From positions 35,794-99,793 of the IMG/VR virus record IMGVR_UViG_3300003465_000003: DNA of 64,000 nt; one strand, written 5' to 3'. The DNA comes from a virus. Of the stretch, positions 20,878 to 31,971 are shown piece by piece; position 1 is the first letter of the stretch, and each line of letters begins with the position of its first letter. The translations under genes were made by a program, and so were the position numbers. The notes under the pieces are model-generated. The model did no database searches. It worked only from the letters and a program-made list of their open reading frames with translations, and had not been told where the DNA came from.

Positions 20878-21753
20878 TCTCTCTGATATCCTGCACCCAA
20901 TACTGCTGTACCCATTAGCTCACTGCGTCTAATTGGAAACCCATAGTAATCCGTAAGCTCGTCGTCCCAATAAGCATCTATAACTGAGGGATCAACTGCT
21001 CCTAGATGCGCGTCACAGGGCGAACAGCCACTGGACTTCTGCCCGTCCCGAGCCTTGCCTTCACGTTCTTCAAATAGTTCTAGATCCATGCTAGGTTCTC
21101 CTTACTGCTTCTACCCAGATATAATCGAATGCATTCACGCTTGGTTTGAAGACCTCAAAGAAGAGTTTGCCGTCCTCCACCTTTACCTTGATTGCTCCCA
21201 CAATGGACTCCCCAAATTGCTCATCTTCCTGTTCCTCTCTAGTTTCAGCATCTTCTACTGAATCACATAGTTCTAGAAGAACGGAACCCGCCCCATCACT
21301 ACGTAAGTAATACGGTATCTCAAACCCCGTTACTGCAACTCCTCGTAACCAGACGTTACGTCCTCGTTGTAAGCATGAAGCAGATCCGACATACGGATCA
21401 TAGCTTCCCGCTCCCGCTTGCTAATTGTCCTTACCAAATCAGGGTCAGACATGAAATCAAGCAGCACTGTACACCTGCGGATAAGATTCACACCCTTACA
21501 CAGATCTTCAAATGTCTGTGCCTGGGTTTCGTCAATATCCTCAGCATCTTCTTCTTCTTCCACTACCTCAGCTTCAACCATACGCTGGGCATGAAGCTCT
21601 TCAAGCTTCTCAACATCGACCATCATGCTTACAATCTCCCCATCAATACAAGCCCGCGCTCATTGAATGCTTTACGTGAATACGGGTTATTTGGATCATC
21701 CTCTGGGTCAGTAATTGTTACTGTGCTATTTCCAGCCTTGTAGCGCTTGCTGT

Positions 21754-22713
21754 TTAATGCACATGCCCACTCGTATTCTGAGAGCACAATCGTGCCATTG
21801 CTACCTGAGTGTACTCCATCAGCTCCCGTTCGTACCTGATCTTCTTGTTCTCGGTTGGTCCCGCTGCCAATTTGGAGTGGAGGTTTCGAATCTTCTTGTA
21901 AAGATTCCTGCTTATTTCCCCCTTCTTCTGCAGCATTTCCGCTTCCGAGCTGGTTAGAGGTCGCACCACTTGCGGAGTCTCCCTCTTGGGTCCGACGAAA
22001 GGGCTGGCCGTGGAGCTACCCCCGGAGCTACTTTTTTTTGAGTGGTCAGCCGCTGAGTTGCACGTATAGCAGACATCCTTACCGGCCATTGCGTTGTTCG
22101 TGCATTTACCACGACTACAAATTCTGGTACTGCTGGAATAATGGACTATACCCCGCTTCCAAAAGATGTCGTTGCTGCACCACACGTCGTTGATCTTCTC
22201 CCACCCAGGACCCGTAAACAGATGCATACGCTTTGGTGTAACAATTGCCCCACGCTGCTTCGTCAGAAGCTCCATGAACCCAAATCCATAGATGCTGCAC
22301 AACCAGGCTATAGCCCTAGTATCCGACCAAGGGCCATCAGGAACAGGAACATTCGCATTAATAGCCGCATCCAAGGCCTTGTCGTCCCAATCGCTCCAAT
22401 GCCCATTGTGGAAGAGCACGGCTACCTTCCCCTTACCACTCAACTGCAACGGTGCTTCCTTACTGATAATGAATGGATGGGTCAATTCCTTGCACACGCC
22501 TCCAATAGACGCTACACGGAAGTGAGCCACGTAAGGCAGTGGAGCTTCTAGACAAAGCTTCACGAAATTGTCTTCGTCCATGATACCCTTATGCCAAACA
22601 GTATCTCCACCCTGCTGCCATGCAATGCCGCCACCGTGACTATTAGCAGCCCACGCTTTCCGCAACATCTCTTCTGTTGGCCTAGTCTTATTGGCCATCA
22701 TAATCACACACAT
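21754..22713 (-). CDS. Class II glutamine amidotransferase (Ntn hydrolase), starting at MCVI
   Basis: Cys2, N.HGGG, HFRVASIG, HPF, FHNG, SDTR. Confidence 0.88.
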   Translation of the reverse strand: MCVIMMANKTRPTEEMLRKAWAANSHGGGIAWQQGGDTVWHKGIMDEDNFVKLCLEAPLPYVAHFRVASIGGVCKELTHPFIISKEAPLQLSGKGKVAVLFHNGHWSDWDDKALDAAINANVPVPDGPWSDTRAIAWLCSIYGFGFMELLTKQRGAIVTPKRMHLFTGPGWEKINDVWCSNDIFWKRGIVHYSSSTRICSRGKCTNNAMAGKDVCYTCNSAADHSKKSSSGGSSTASPFVGPKRETPQVVRPLTSSEAEMLQKKGEISRNLYKKIRNLHSKLAAGPTENKKIRYERELMEYTQVAMARLCSQNTSGHVH

Positions 22714-22729
22714 TTTGTAGTCCCTTTCT

Positions 22730-23479
22730 TCACAAGAATTCAATATGTTCTTCGTAACCACTACCGTCTGGAAGCTCCACTCTCCCATTGATTACTTCCG
22801 GCTTCTTTCTACCCTTGCCCAATACCTGTAGTGACGCATTGGTAATGGCTACTACCTGCGCAATGGCTTCTATGGCTAATGTGGCATTCTTCATCATAGG
22901 AAGCACTCGGCATTCTATGGTGCCCAATCTGCCGCAGTAATGAATGATCGTATAACGATGCCCCTCCCTATTATGATCAAAGTCTTTGTCCCTGTACCTT
23001 GCCTGAAGATGGGGCCAAAAACCTTTCCTGCAGAATTCTGAGTTCCCATCCAAGCGCTCCCATATGTGGTGATCTGCTCTGAAGCCCTTACGTTTAGCCC
23101 ACAACTTCAGATAGTGGCAAATAGTTTCCTGATATTCTGGGACCATCAAAAGCTGATAGTGCCAAAGGGTATCGAAACTCATATGGACGTGCATACCACA
23201 AGTCTTATCCACCTTGTGAGGATAATTAAGTGTAAGTATGGGCGCAATATCATTAGGCGGTGTTGCTGGCAACGGCAACTCCCCTATGAATGGGAACAAT
23301 GCTCCGGGTCCACGATTGCGGAACACACTGCCATCCCGTTCCACTCGTTGAACACCCGGCGGAAGTTGGCTCCAAGCGCCTTCCAACTCAACACCAATTT
23401 TCTTGACTCGTGCCTTGATCTTGTCAGATCCTAGAGCACCGTCAAGGTCCAACGGTTTAATATTCTGATCCATGCCCAT
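22730..23479 (-). CDS. Putative amidoligase (GCS2/COOH-NH2 ligase fold)
   Basis: IGVELEG, DGSV, CGMHVHMS, RY, TIECR. Confidence 0.82.
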   Translation of the reverse strand: MGMDQNIKPLDLDGALGSDKIKARVKKIGVELEGAWSQLPPGVQRVERDGSVFRNRGPGALFPFIGELPLPATPPNDIAPILTLNYPHKVDKTCGMHVHMSFDTLWHYQLLMVPEYQETICHYLKLWAKRKGFRADHHIWERLDGNSEFCRKGFWPHLQARYRDKDFDHNREGHRYTIIHYCGRLGTIECRVLPMMKNATLAIEAIAQVVAITNASLQVLGKGRKKPEVINGRVELPDGSGYEEHIEFL

Positions 23480-23481
23480 AT

Positions 23482-24468
23482 TTACAACCTATATAGAAAT
23501 GCTGTGAAATCCTCAGCCGCAGGAGCCATCCACCGCTCAGCAATAGACTCCGTTGGGAAGAAGTGACCAATGCCTTTTTCACGCGCGCTGTTGCAAAAGT
23601 AGACGAACTTTGCAGATGCCCCAACCGGGAACATACTGATGTCAGCATGGCGTGTAAGGAACGGCATGATAACCTTGAAGTTCGCTACCGCCATGTCAAA
23701 ATCATTGGTATCGATAGCCAAACGAACTGCATCTATGTCTACGAGATTGGCAATATCCTGCTCCAGATTCTTACTGCCAGTGAGCGTCTCCTGTAATACA
23801 GCGACGGCCAATGACGTCATGCCATACATAAGGGACATCAGCCTGTAATCTCGCAGCCAGAAGTTGGATAGGGTACGGTACTCCAACCCATGCTTGGGTC
23901 TGCGGTACTCGCCCGCTCGCCCATAATTCTGTCTGCGTTCAGCAGAACCAGGGTCCCGGTCCAGCATAACGCCAGTGTTTCCCACAAATATGTCCATGAG
24001 CGGAACCAGACGTTCCCGTTCAGCAAGCAGTGGCCCGGACAAACCCATGTGAATATGCGCCCCAGCACTGCGCTTGGAATACGCCTTGCCATCAATATCG
24101 ATTGGCTTCGTGCCATAGAAGTTGTCGCTGGGCATACAACCAAGGACACGAGATTTCTCCGATACGCGAGCAAATTCCTCCGGCGTGACGGTAACCAATC
24201 CCTGATAATTGATTGATACCCCAGGATACCGCTTCAATACACCAGTAAGCGTGCGATACAAGTCCCCAATATTGGAGCGTAGAATCTTAAGGTCCGTGCT
24301 CGGAAATGGGTTCAACTCGAACTGAATACCGTCACGCACCACACGACCGCCGTAACTGACCAAACCCTTCTCGGGAATGATATGCTCAGACCCGATAATG
24401 CCCAATCCATCCTGTTGGAAGAATCCCTCAGGATCACAACCCCACACGACTGACGGCTGCTTCAACAT
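23482..24468 (-). CDS. phiEco32-like COOH-NH2 ligase type 2
   Basis: GCDPEGF, DGIQFELNP, RSAGAHIHMG, RRQNYGRAGEYR, GLEYRTLSNFW. Confidence 0.88.
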   Translation of the reverse strand: MLKQPSVVWGCDPEGFFQQDGLGIIGSEHIIPEKGLVSYGGRVVRDGIQFELNPFPSTDLKILRSNIGDLYRTLTGVLKRYPGVSINYQGLVTVTPEEFARVSEKSRVLGCMPSDNFYGTKPIDIDGKAYSKRSAGAHIHMGLSGPLLAERERLVPLMDIFVGNTGVMLDRDPGSAERRQNYGRAGEYRRPKHGLEYRTLSNFWLRDYRLMSLMYGMTSLAVAVLQETLTGSKNLEQDIANLVDIDAVRLAIDTNDFDMAVANFKVIMPFLTRHADISMFPVGASAKFVYFCNSAREKGIGHFFPTESIAERWMAPAAEDFTAFLYRL

Positions 24469-24769
24469 TCCTCTACTCCTTAACTAAGCAATACCTTTAC
24501 TGCTGCAGTTACTACTGTAATACCTGCAACCACCACTGAAATTGACCATAATACTATGAACAGAACTGCGAATGGGTGCGCCTTGGTCATTGTATAGACC
24601 AGTGCCAACAAGTCTCGACTTAAACTATCATTAACCCGTGGTGCGCTTGCTAATTTCCTCGTCATAAGTGCCTTCCACAACTCAAAGGTTGACTCCAATA
24701 ATTGGTCATCTGAGGCTTCCCATCGCGGTGTTATTGGCTCTCCGCGCGGATTTAACTACCAGTTACGCA

Positions 24770-25285
24770 TCAGAACAGATTCTCTGTTGGGTTAAGCCGT
24801 TTAACTGATACTATCACATTATTGCCGGTTCGCGCATTGACCACATCGTATATGTCTTTCCATCCATTACGCGCGAGAGTCTTACGCTGCGCCACATTCT
24901 TTTCCACATCGGTGCAGATAATAGCGCTGTAACCCGCCCATTCTGCTATACGTTCCCGCATCCGCATAGCGATCGTGTTCACACCCCTGAGCTGACACTC
25001 GGTCGCTACACGAACCCCATGACTCAAGCAAAACGCGCAACAACCGGGGAGCTGCTGCAAGTTGAACCACGTCACGTAATGACCTTGTGGATGTTTAACA
25101 GCGTAACAAGTGTTGCCCTCATGAACGGTTACTGGGGGCTTTGCTATAATTTTCTCTAGCGGCTCGGTAGGCCGGTCTGGAACGTCAGACCAAGCGTTTT
25201 CCCTGTACCGAATCAGCTTAAGGCTCCCCGCTGGTTCCCCGATTGCCGCCGCAATTTCGTCTAGATATGGTCTTAGATTGAGCAT
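24770..25285 (-). CDS. GNAT-fold-like protein, paralog of 27378-27791
   Basis: LPGCCA, ECQLRGVNT (acyl-CoA motif A-like), GYSAIICT, NARTGNNV. Confidence 0.5.
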   Translation of the reverse strand: MLNLRPYLDEIAAAIGEPAGSLKLIRYRENAWSDVPDRPTEPLEKIIAKPPVTVHEGNTCYAVKHPQGHYVTWFNLQQLPGCCAFCLSHGVRVATECQLRGVNTIAMRMRERIAEWAGYSAIICTDVEKNVAQRKTLARNGWKDIYDVVNARTGNNVIVSVKRLNPTENLF

Positions 25286-25308
25286 GGTTCCCTCTCAAAA
25301 TCTACAAT

Positions 25309-25394
25309 TGGTACTGAGGGCGGGACTCGAACCCGCATGGACCTTAGCCCGACGGTTTTTGAAACCGTTGTGTAAGCCATTCCGCCACCTCAGT
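25309..25394 (-). tRNA. tRNA-Leu(CAA)
   Basis: ACTGAGG/CCTCAGT acceptor stem, ACGGT-TTCAAAA-ACCGT anticodon arm, long variable arm, GGTTCGAGTCC, encoded CCA. Confidence 0.92.
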
Positions 25395-25404
25395 GTTTTT
25401 ACAC

Positions 25405-25433
25405 TTGACTTTTGTGCGTAAAAATGATATAAT
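25405..25433 (+). promoter_or_regulatory. Sigma70 promoter of the HNH gene
   Basis: TTGACT-17 nt-TATAAT with extended -10 TG. Confidence 0.75.
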
Positions 25434-25442
25434 GCAATCATT

Positions 25443-25832
25443 ATGAAAATATATGGCCCCTATAAAGATTCAACTGGCAAACGAAATATTGTTATTCGTT
25501 ACTATCCAGATGGTAAAAGGAAAACTATGTCCAATGCTAGACATTTGATGGAGCTGCATTTGGGCCGAACTTTAGGACTAAACGAGACGGTGGACCATAT
25601 AAATGGCGACCCACTAGACGACAGAATAGACAATTTGCAGGTAATGACATTACAAGATAATATCCGCAAGTCTGCAAAGCCTGCAGAAATTTACTCATTT
25701 TACTGTTCTATGTGTGGGCAGCAAGCAGTTAAACCTATGTGTCAAGTTAAACACAATTGGAAACAGGGGAAGGCCGGCCCTTTTTGCGGCAAGAAATGCG
25801 CTCGTAAGTTCCAGATATTGGGTGGTTCCTAG
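25443..25832 (+). mobile_element. Free-standing HNH endonuclease next to tRNA-Leu
   Basis: ARHLMELHLGR.L...ETVDHINGDPLDDRIDNLQVM, plus a C-terminal Cys cluster. Confidence 0.88.
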
Positions 25833-26319
25833 CTGTGTCTGCCGTTCCACCACTTCCCGTTCCGTGGCACCAACAGCGCCTACCGCATCTATTGCACTTG
25901 ACGTGTATCTTTCCCATGCAGTAATCACAGTCCCCGCCAAGACGTATGACCCGACCTGTACTTGAGCGGGCAATATTATTTTTGACAACCATACAGTTAG
26001 GCTCTAAATGGGCTGCGAATTACAGGCCATTCGTCAGGAGTATCATTACCATGAATGATACTTGATACATACCAATTAGGTGGATTAATATTTTTCTTGC
26101 CGATATTCCCAATAACAATATGTTCGCCACCATATGTTTGCAATATGCCGACCTTCAAGTCACCGCAACAAATGGAGTCTACTGCGGACATATACGTACG
26201 ATTAAGTGCATGGGTAGCCACAGGCAAATCTGGGGCTGCCAATAGAATCTTAGCTAATTCGTGTGAAGTCATAGTAGTTACCGCCCAGCCACTACCCGAA
26301 CCATTCCTCTCCTGTAATT

Positions 26320-26339
26320 CGTAAGTAAATTTACTTACG
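26320..26339. promoter_or_regulatory. Palindromic operator-like site, copy 2
   Basis: Perfect 20-bp palindrome CGTAAGTAAATTTACTTACG. Confidence 0.7.
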
Positions 26340-27377
26340 GTTTACGATTTCTGTCTGTTTCACTCAGTAGCGAACTTATAGACTACGCAAGAAAGCCCAA
26401 CCGCAGCCGCCAATACAAACGGTCCCAATTGAACTGTGAGAGCCAAACTCGCTGGGAGGTATAATGGCGCTAATATCCAGGCCCAAATAGCTACCACGGC
26501 TAGAACACCTTTAATCTTCATCACAGCAACCACATACCCCTAGCAATGGAACGAGCTTTAGCTACCCACTCTTGAACCAGCCCATTGTCTATGTGGCATA
26601 CGCAAGACGGGTTGTCCGATAAGTGCTCTACAATGACCTCCACTTCCTGTAAATTAATCACAGTTAGTGGGCCGTAATATTTTATCTGCTTGTCTCGGAA
26701 ATGTTCTGCACGTTCCTTAGAAGTATAAACAACTTCTACTTTGACCTCAGGCGCATCCGTTATATCCACTACAGCGTAAGCCTTAAGCTTGGTCATAACT
26801 AACTCTTTTTCTTAGGCAACCAATACCCATCCTTTAATTCCCACCACTTTGCAGCCCACGCTGGTGGAGGGAACCGGCGCATAAGAGCAGCTTCCGCCTC
26901 GAATTGGATATCACCAAACATGCCCTGATCCGTGTAGAGGGTTTCTTCAATTAGCTCCTGAGTTGTCTTACTATCCCAATATGCAGCATCTTCTGCAGCT
27001 TCCATCCGTTCATCACTCATCGGCAACCCCTGCTTCCGCTACGCGATACGCACTCACCTTATGGTAGTGCATATGTATAAGTTCCTTGGCCTTACACTGC
27101 GCTTCCTCATAATGTCTAAACAAAAAGATGACCTTGCCGTGTTCATCACTTCTCCCTTCTGCCGCAAATAACGGCCTTATACTAGAGAAAATCTTCATGG
27201 TTGGTCCTTCCCCTCCCTACGCATCCAGAATGGAATACTTCCCCACAGAATACCATCTGCTATCCATTCATTGATACATCTGCGACAAGCATGGGTAAGC
27301 TCCCCGTCCGCATTACGCTGGTAAGGAGCTATGTCCGCTTCACGAAACTGCTTATCGCACCCATTGCAGGTGTGCAT

Positions 27378-27791
27378 TTAGTTATCCTCATGATACTTCG
27401 AGGGACGCTTAGGCTTAATCTTTACAGGCAACACGTAGGTAAGAACCTCCACGTCATTCCTTGTACGTGGATTCTTGAACCCAGTTGTGTTCCAGTCAGG
27501 TGCTGTTAACAGCTTTCGCAGCGCGCTACCTGACAACAGCGACAGCATCACCATCCCAAACTGCGCCTTACGTGCCGACTGCGCAACAGCTTTAATAAGC
27601 CGGAATGATTCCTTCTCCTTACCAGATATCCGATAAACAAGTAAGATGCCGCAGCATCCGGGCAACACTCGAACACTAAGCTGTGCGCCCTTATACGTAA
27701 AGGTCCACGAACTATCGGATTTGTCCTTTACGTAGACACCCTTGGTGTCCTGCAGGATCTCAGCTACCTTGGAGGTAAGATAGACTCCCAT
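27378..27791 (-). CDS. GNAT-fold-like paralog of 24770-25285
   Basis: LPGCCG, FGMVMLS, KNPRTRNDV. Confidence 0.45.
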   Translation of the reverse strand: MGVYLTSKVAEILQDTKGVYVKDKSDSSWTFTYKGAQLSVRVLPGCCGILLVYRISGKEKESFRLIKAVAQSARKAQFGMVMLSLLSGSALRKLLTAPDWNTTGFKNPRTRNDVEVLTYVLPVKIKPKRPSKYHEDN

Positions 27792-28107
27792 TACTGCTTC
27801 CCCTGCGTCCTACGCGCCTGATACGCTTGCCACACAGCCCTGCGCAGCTCCTTACTGAACGGCTTCGTCAACTTGCGCAATGCCATAATCCGGCCAAGTT
27901 CATTACTATACGGGTCCGCTGGGCAGCAACCAACAGTCGCTTCCTCGATCAACCCAGGCTTTTCTCCCGGCTTTGCAACGAGCAACCTCACTGTGGTATA
28001 AGGGTACTTACTCTTAATAATGTGCTGTGTACCCTGCCTGTTGAACTTCACGGTCCTGTGATTACGCTGAAATTCAAGAAAATACGTTGTGCCTGCGAAA
28101 TCGAACT

Positions 28108-28572
28108 TCATTGCTGTGCTCCTTGTTTGTCATTTTTTACTGGAACATTCCCTGCGCTTGCCTCTGCCTTAGCATTGTCTGCTATCTCTTGTAACTTTTT
28201 CTCCGCCCACGCTCTGATCGCTTTGAGATCCACACTCCACACGAACATGATCGTTGGCTTATTTTTGTGTAATGGGCTTGGACGCTTCCTACTTGCCCAC
28301 ACGGTTCCCAGGCCGAGCTCCTTAATCTTTTTAGCCAGCGCCTTGCCATAAGGCTTCTTGTCTTCAGAACCATGTGTAAAATATAGGAACGCGACTTGTG
28401 GGACTACTAGTCTGCGCCCCTCAGGGTTGTTGGCCGTATTTATATGGAATGCACTCTTTGGCAAGAACATATCCATCAGCGCCAACTCGATCTTATTTAC
28501 TTGATAGTCCCTAATACCCGTAACATACCTGATATTGCAATTGCCAACACCACCAGCAAAAAAGCTAACCAT
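28108..28572 (-). CDS. Third paralog of the 19061/19514 family
   Basis: GNCNI, AFLYFT, YGKALAKKIKELGLGTV, H....MFVWSVD..AI..W. Confidence 0.6.
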   Translation of the reverse strand: MVSFFAGGVGNCNIRYVTGIRDYQVNKIELALMDMFLPKSAFHINTANNPEGRRLVVPQVAFLYFTHGSEDKKPYGKALAKKIKELGLGTVWASRKRPSPLHKNKPTIMFVWSVDLKAIRAWAEKKLQEIADNAKAEASAGNVPVKNDKQGAQQ

Positions 28573-29329
28573 TACATTCTACTCCGTAACTAACACCAGT
28601 TTAACTGGCGGAATTTCATAGAGCCTGTCAAACTTAGCGTCTTCTGCCTGCTCCATAGCTTTAAGGTGGCGACACTTGTTGATATATCCTCTGAGAACAT
28701 TCCACTTAACAGCCTTACAGCAATCATTGGTCAGTTCACCTTTACGAACCTTCTCGCTAAAGTGATAACCTGTAGTCCCTTTACCGGGTCCAATAGAAGC
28801 TCTGATAGCCCCTATTGTTCTGTAAGGCTTAACTTCTGCTAGATCTTCAACCCACTCGGACGGTCGCATCTTACGCCAAATGGAACCACCAGAATTACGT
28901 CTAAACTTCCCGTCTGATCTACGTCTTACTACGAACATCGCGCCGTTTCTCCTTACTCATCTTCGCTTTAACACGGAACGGGAGGAATACTCTAGTTCCA
29001 GTATCCCTAGTTCTACGTACAGCGCCGCAAAATTGACACCATTCGTACGTGGATTCCCGTGTTTCGCCAAGCCAGTCCCAGATATGCTTGTGTTTAGCAC
29101 CAAGCATTATAATCTCCTATTAGCTTTCGCAACGTCCAATTGATAGCATAAGTCGATGAATTCCCTTCCACCGCATCGTTCAGCTAGGGGATAGCCTATA
29201 CCTTCTGGTTCTATACTTTGATCAATCAGATTCATCAAGGCGCAAATTACAGCGTGGAATCCATGGTCGTGGACGAACTCCTGTAGATAATCTTTATGTT
29301 GATCGCGGCTTGATTTCTTACTGAGCACC

Positions 29330-30943
29330 TTACAACCTCGCAAATTCCTGAACCGCCTGCGGAACGCTGCTATCAAATCCTGCAACGTCCGTCTGGAACG
29401 GATCATTGGGGTCCGCAATAGAGAACTTCGTAGGCGTCATCGCAATAACAACCTGCTTCGCATTGATCCCCATCTTGTCCCGGTATTGCTGCAATGACTG
29501 GCTAGGATGTGGTCCTGTATTGACTTCGTTATCCGTGATAATGATAAAGCAGTCCACTTCTACCTTGTTCTTCAATGCCCATTGTGTGGGCAGAGAGCAG
29601 TTGGTAGATCCAAATCGCATTGCGTTAGTCCGCTGCAATGCATCTGTCAACCGCATCTTGGGCGTAATGCCAAGGTCGCGGAATGTATCTGCAAATCCCA
29701 TGATGTAGTTGGTCTTCTCAACCTTCGCCACAGCAAGGGCCATAGCAGCAGCACCTTCAGCACAAGTCATGTTGCATGACGGGATGCTGGCCCAACCCAT
29801 ACTGCCTGATACGTCCACACCGAACAGGAACCGCTTACCAGTAGGCTCCACGAACTTGAACGCATTGTAAAAAGCCTCATCTAAGGCATCCACAACGGCA
29901 GGAACAGGTGTCCACACGCCAGCGCCACGGAGTCCGTGTCCGGCTGCGTACTGCTTCATAGCAATAAGGATCGCCACAGGATGCACGCGATTCTTCGCAA
30001 AGCTCTGTGCCGCACGGTCCCCCGACAGCTTATCCACAACTGTATTCGCTGCATTGGATAGTGGCTTAAGCAACCCGACCTTGCTCATATTGCCTAGATT
30101 ACGCAACAGAGCGTGCGGCGGCATCTTCTCCAAGAGAGCTTCCCACACTTCCGGCTTGGTAAGAGCCTCAGTGGGGAGCATCTCGCGGGAGAGATTGTAG
30201 TCGCGGATTAAGGACACCAAGTAATTCGTGTTAGTGCCGGATCTCTTTGCGAACTCGAATGCGGACACGATCAGTGGACCCTTGTAATTCTGGATATCTG
30301 CACCCTCGACCCTGCCTAAATCAATACCATCTACGATCCAGTTGTAAAGAATGTTCCGCACTTCATCTTCAGTCTTGGGGTGCGCCAACCGCAGTGCGTC
30401 CCTGTTGCTGAACCCATCCCGGCTCTGATACTTGACAACCTGATACGCCAATTCTTCAACCGGCTTGCTGTTGTACCACTCAGCTACCGCCCGCTTCAGC
30501 GCACGACCCCAACCACGGAACTGCTGAACGTAGGTCAGGAAGTGGAACAAGTGCGTCGGGATACGGGCCACCTTGGGCAACGCAGCAAGTGCATACGCCC
30601 GCGTACCGGCATCCTTAGCAGACGCAGCAAGGGCAAGAGCAAACAGGGCAGGATCATTTTTAACCGCCCGACCCTCATCAGAGATGGCTACGATAAGGTC
30701 AATTGCCCTCTTACCATCGGCTTCGATGCACTTGATGACATTCTCTGCATTCTCGCGTGTAAGCTTCTGTTCCCCAACATAGTAAGAGCCGCCCTCAGAT
30801 CCAAGGATAAGGAATCGTTCCATCTGCTTGAATTGGTCAAGTCGGTAGACGAACCCACCAGTGTTATTAGCAACCTGCTGCCGTCCCAGAATCGGCTCAT
30901 GCACGGACGAAATACGCGTGTTAAGCGAAGTGTATGCCTTCAT
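29330..30943 (-). CDS. rsr: Ro60/Rsr TROVE-domain RNA-binding protein with vWA domain
   Basis: NNTGGFVY, RFLILGSEGGSYY, GWGRALKRAVAEWY, KYQSRDG, ALLRNLG, RVHP, DVSGSM MIDAS, ITDNE, AGFDS. Confidence 0.95.
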   Translation of the reverse strand: MKAYTSLNTRISSVHEPILGRQQVANNTGGFVYRLDQFKQMERFLILGSEGGSYYVGEQKLTRENAENVIKCIEADGKRAIDLIVAISDEGRAVKNDPALFALALAASAKDAGTRAYALAALPKVARIPTHLFHFLTYVQQFRGWGRALKRAVAEWYNSKPVEELAYQVVKYQSRDGFSNRDALRLAHPKTEDEVRNILYNWIVDGIDLGRVEGADIQNYKGPLIVSAFEFAKRSGTNTNYLVSLIRDYNLSREMLPTEALTKPEVWEALLEKMPPHALLRNLGNMSKVGLLKPLSNAANTVVDKLSGDRAAQSFAKNRVHPVAILIAMKQYAAGHGLRGAGVWTPVPAVVDALDEAFYNAFKFVEPTGKRFLFGVDVSGSMGWASIPSCNMTCAEGAAAMALAVAKVEKTNYIMGFADTFRDLGITPKMRLTDALQRTNAMRFGSTNCSLPTQWALKNKVEVDCFIIITDNEVNTGPHPSQSLQQYRDKMGINAKQVVIAMTPTKFSIADPNDPFQTDVAGFDSSVPQAVQEFARL

Positions 30944-31568
30944 GATTTATTCCTTCTTTCGTAAAGTCCTTTGTGAAATTCGCAAGCCATTGGGGTAGGA
31001 ATCCACTTGAATACTCGGTTAAGAATCGGGTGTTTATCTACGCTCCATGTCATGGGTTGGCCCCATGCAAGGATTAAGTGCCTTGCCATCCCAGCCATTC
31101 CTTCTCTCGGTGCATGCATGAAACACCAATCCATTGGGTGATCGTCTTCGCCTGCGCTCATTACCAACCCCTTACTTGCACTCCCAGCACGGTTTACTCT
31201 TCTTACAACACGGCTCTAGACGCTGATTACGGCCAGAGAAGTCTGTGTAATGGGCATAGTTCCAGTCAGGGTGTTTGGTGCCGTCTTTAACAAGTCTTAT
31301 CTTAATCACTGGAGGCTTCTTTTCCTTCATACTGTCTCCTCCCCTATACGCTGTTCTTCCTGCTCCCGGAACGACTTAGCCCACTCCGGTTCCGGAAACG
31401 CTTTCTCGAACCGCTTGCGCAGTTCCGATTCCGCATACGTGGCTGTAACAATGTCCGCGTATAGCCAGTTTTCAATGCACTGACGCATTGTTTTCCGCTC
31501 AAAGCCTGTTTCAGAAGGCATGTTTCCCACCACTAGAGTAAGCAAAATCTTATAACCAATAGTAATGA

Positions 31569-31637
31569 TGCCGCGAACAAATGTGTAAGCAGCGGTTTTA
31601 TCTTTAGCATGATAACGCTACTCAACGGCTCGTGGCA
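31569..31637 (-). ncRNA. Short Y-RNA-like RNA 1 (Ro-binding module only)
   Basis: GCCACGAGC-CG...GCGUUAUC...CGCUGCUUACACAUUUGUUCGCGGC: terminal stem and motifs shared with YrlA at 32497. Confidence 0.7.
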
Positions 31638-31874
31638 CGTTTCATACACCCACTATTTTGGTTTCGCCGGAATGCACAGCACTCAGTATGGCGTCTCGAA
31701 CTACCCCATAATAGTGAAGCTTATTATGACCGTTAAGAAAGACATCAAAATCATCAGCAAGGTCTATTGCTTCTTTAACCGTAAGTTCAATTACAACTTT
31801 CTCTACCGGTGGGAGCTTCTCCACTGGTCTAATTCCCGTAATCTTCATGATATTCTCCTAGGTGCTGAAAGGGT

Positions 31875-31968
31875 GGCGACTGGCTGTGGAGTCAACGGCG
31901 TTTAGTCCGGACCTAAAACGGCTATGCTTAGTCCACAGAGACTTGCCGCAGTGTCGTCTCCAGTCACC
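31875..31968 (-). ncRNA. Unassigned multi-stem RNA B
   Basis: GGUGACUGG/CCAGUCGCC closing stem, AGAC/GUCU, CUGUGGA/UCCACAG and an inner hairpin. Confidence 0.5.
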
Positions 31969-31971
31969 TGT

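Noticed and set aside
31895-31920. SRP RNA-like UUAGGUCCGGA
   Set aside because: Lacks the following AGGAAGCAGC of SRP domain IV
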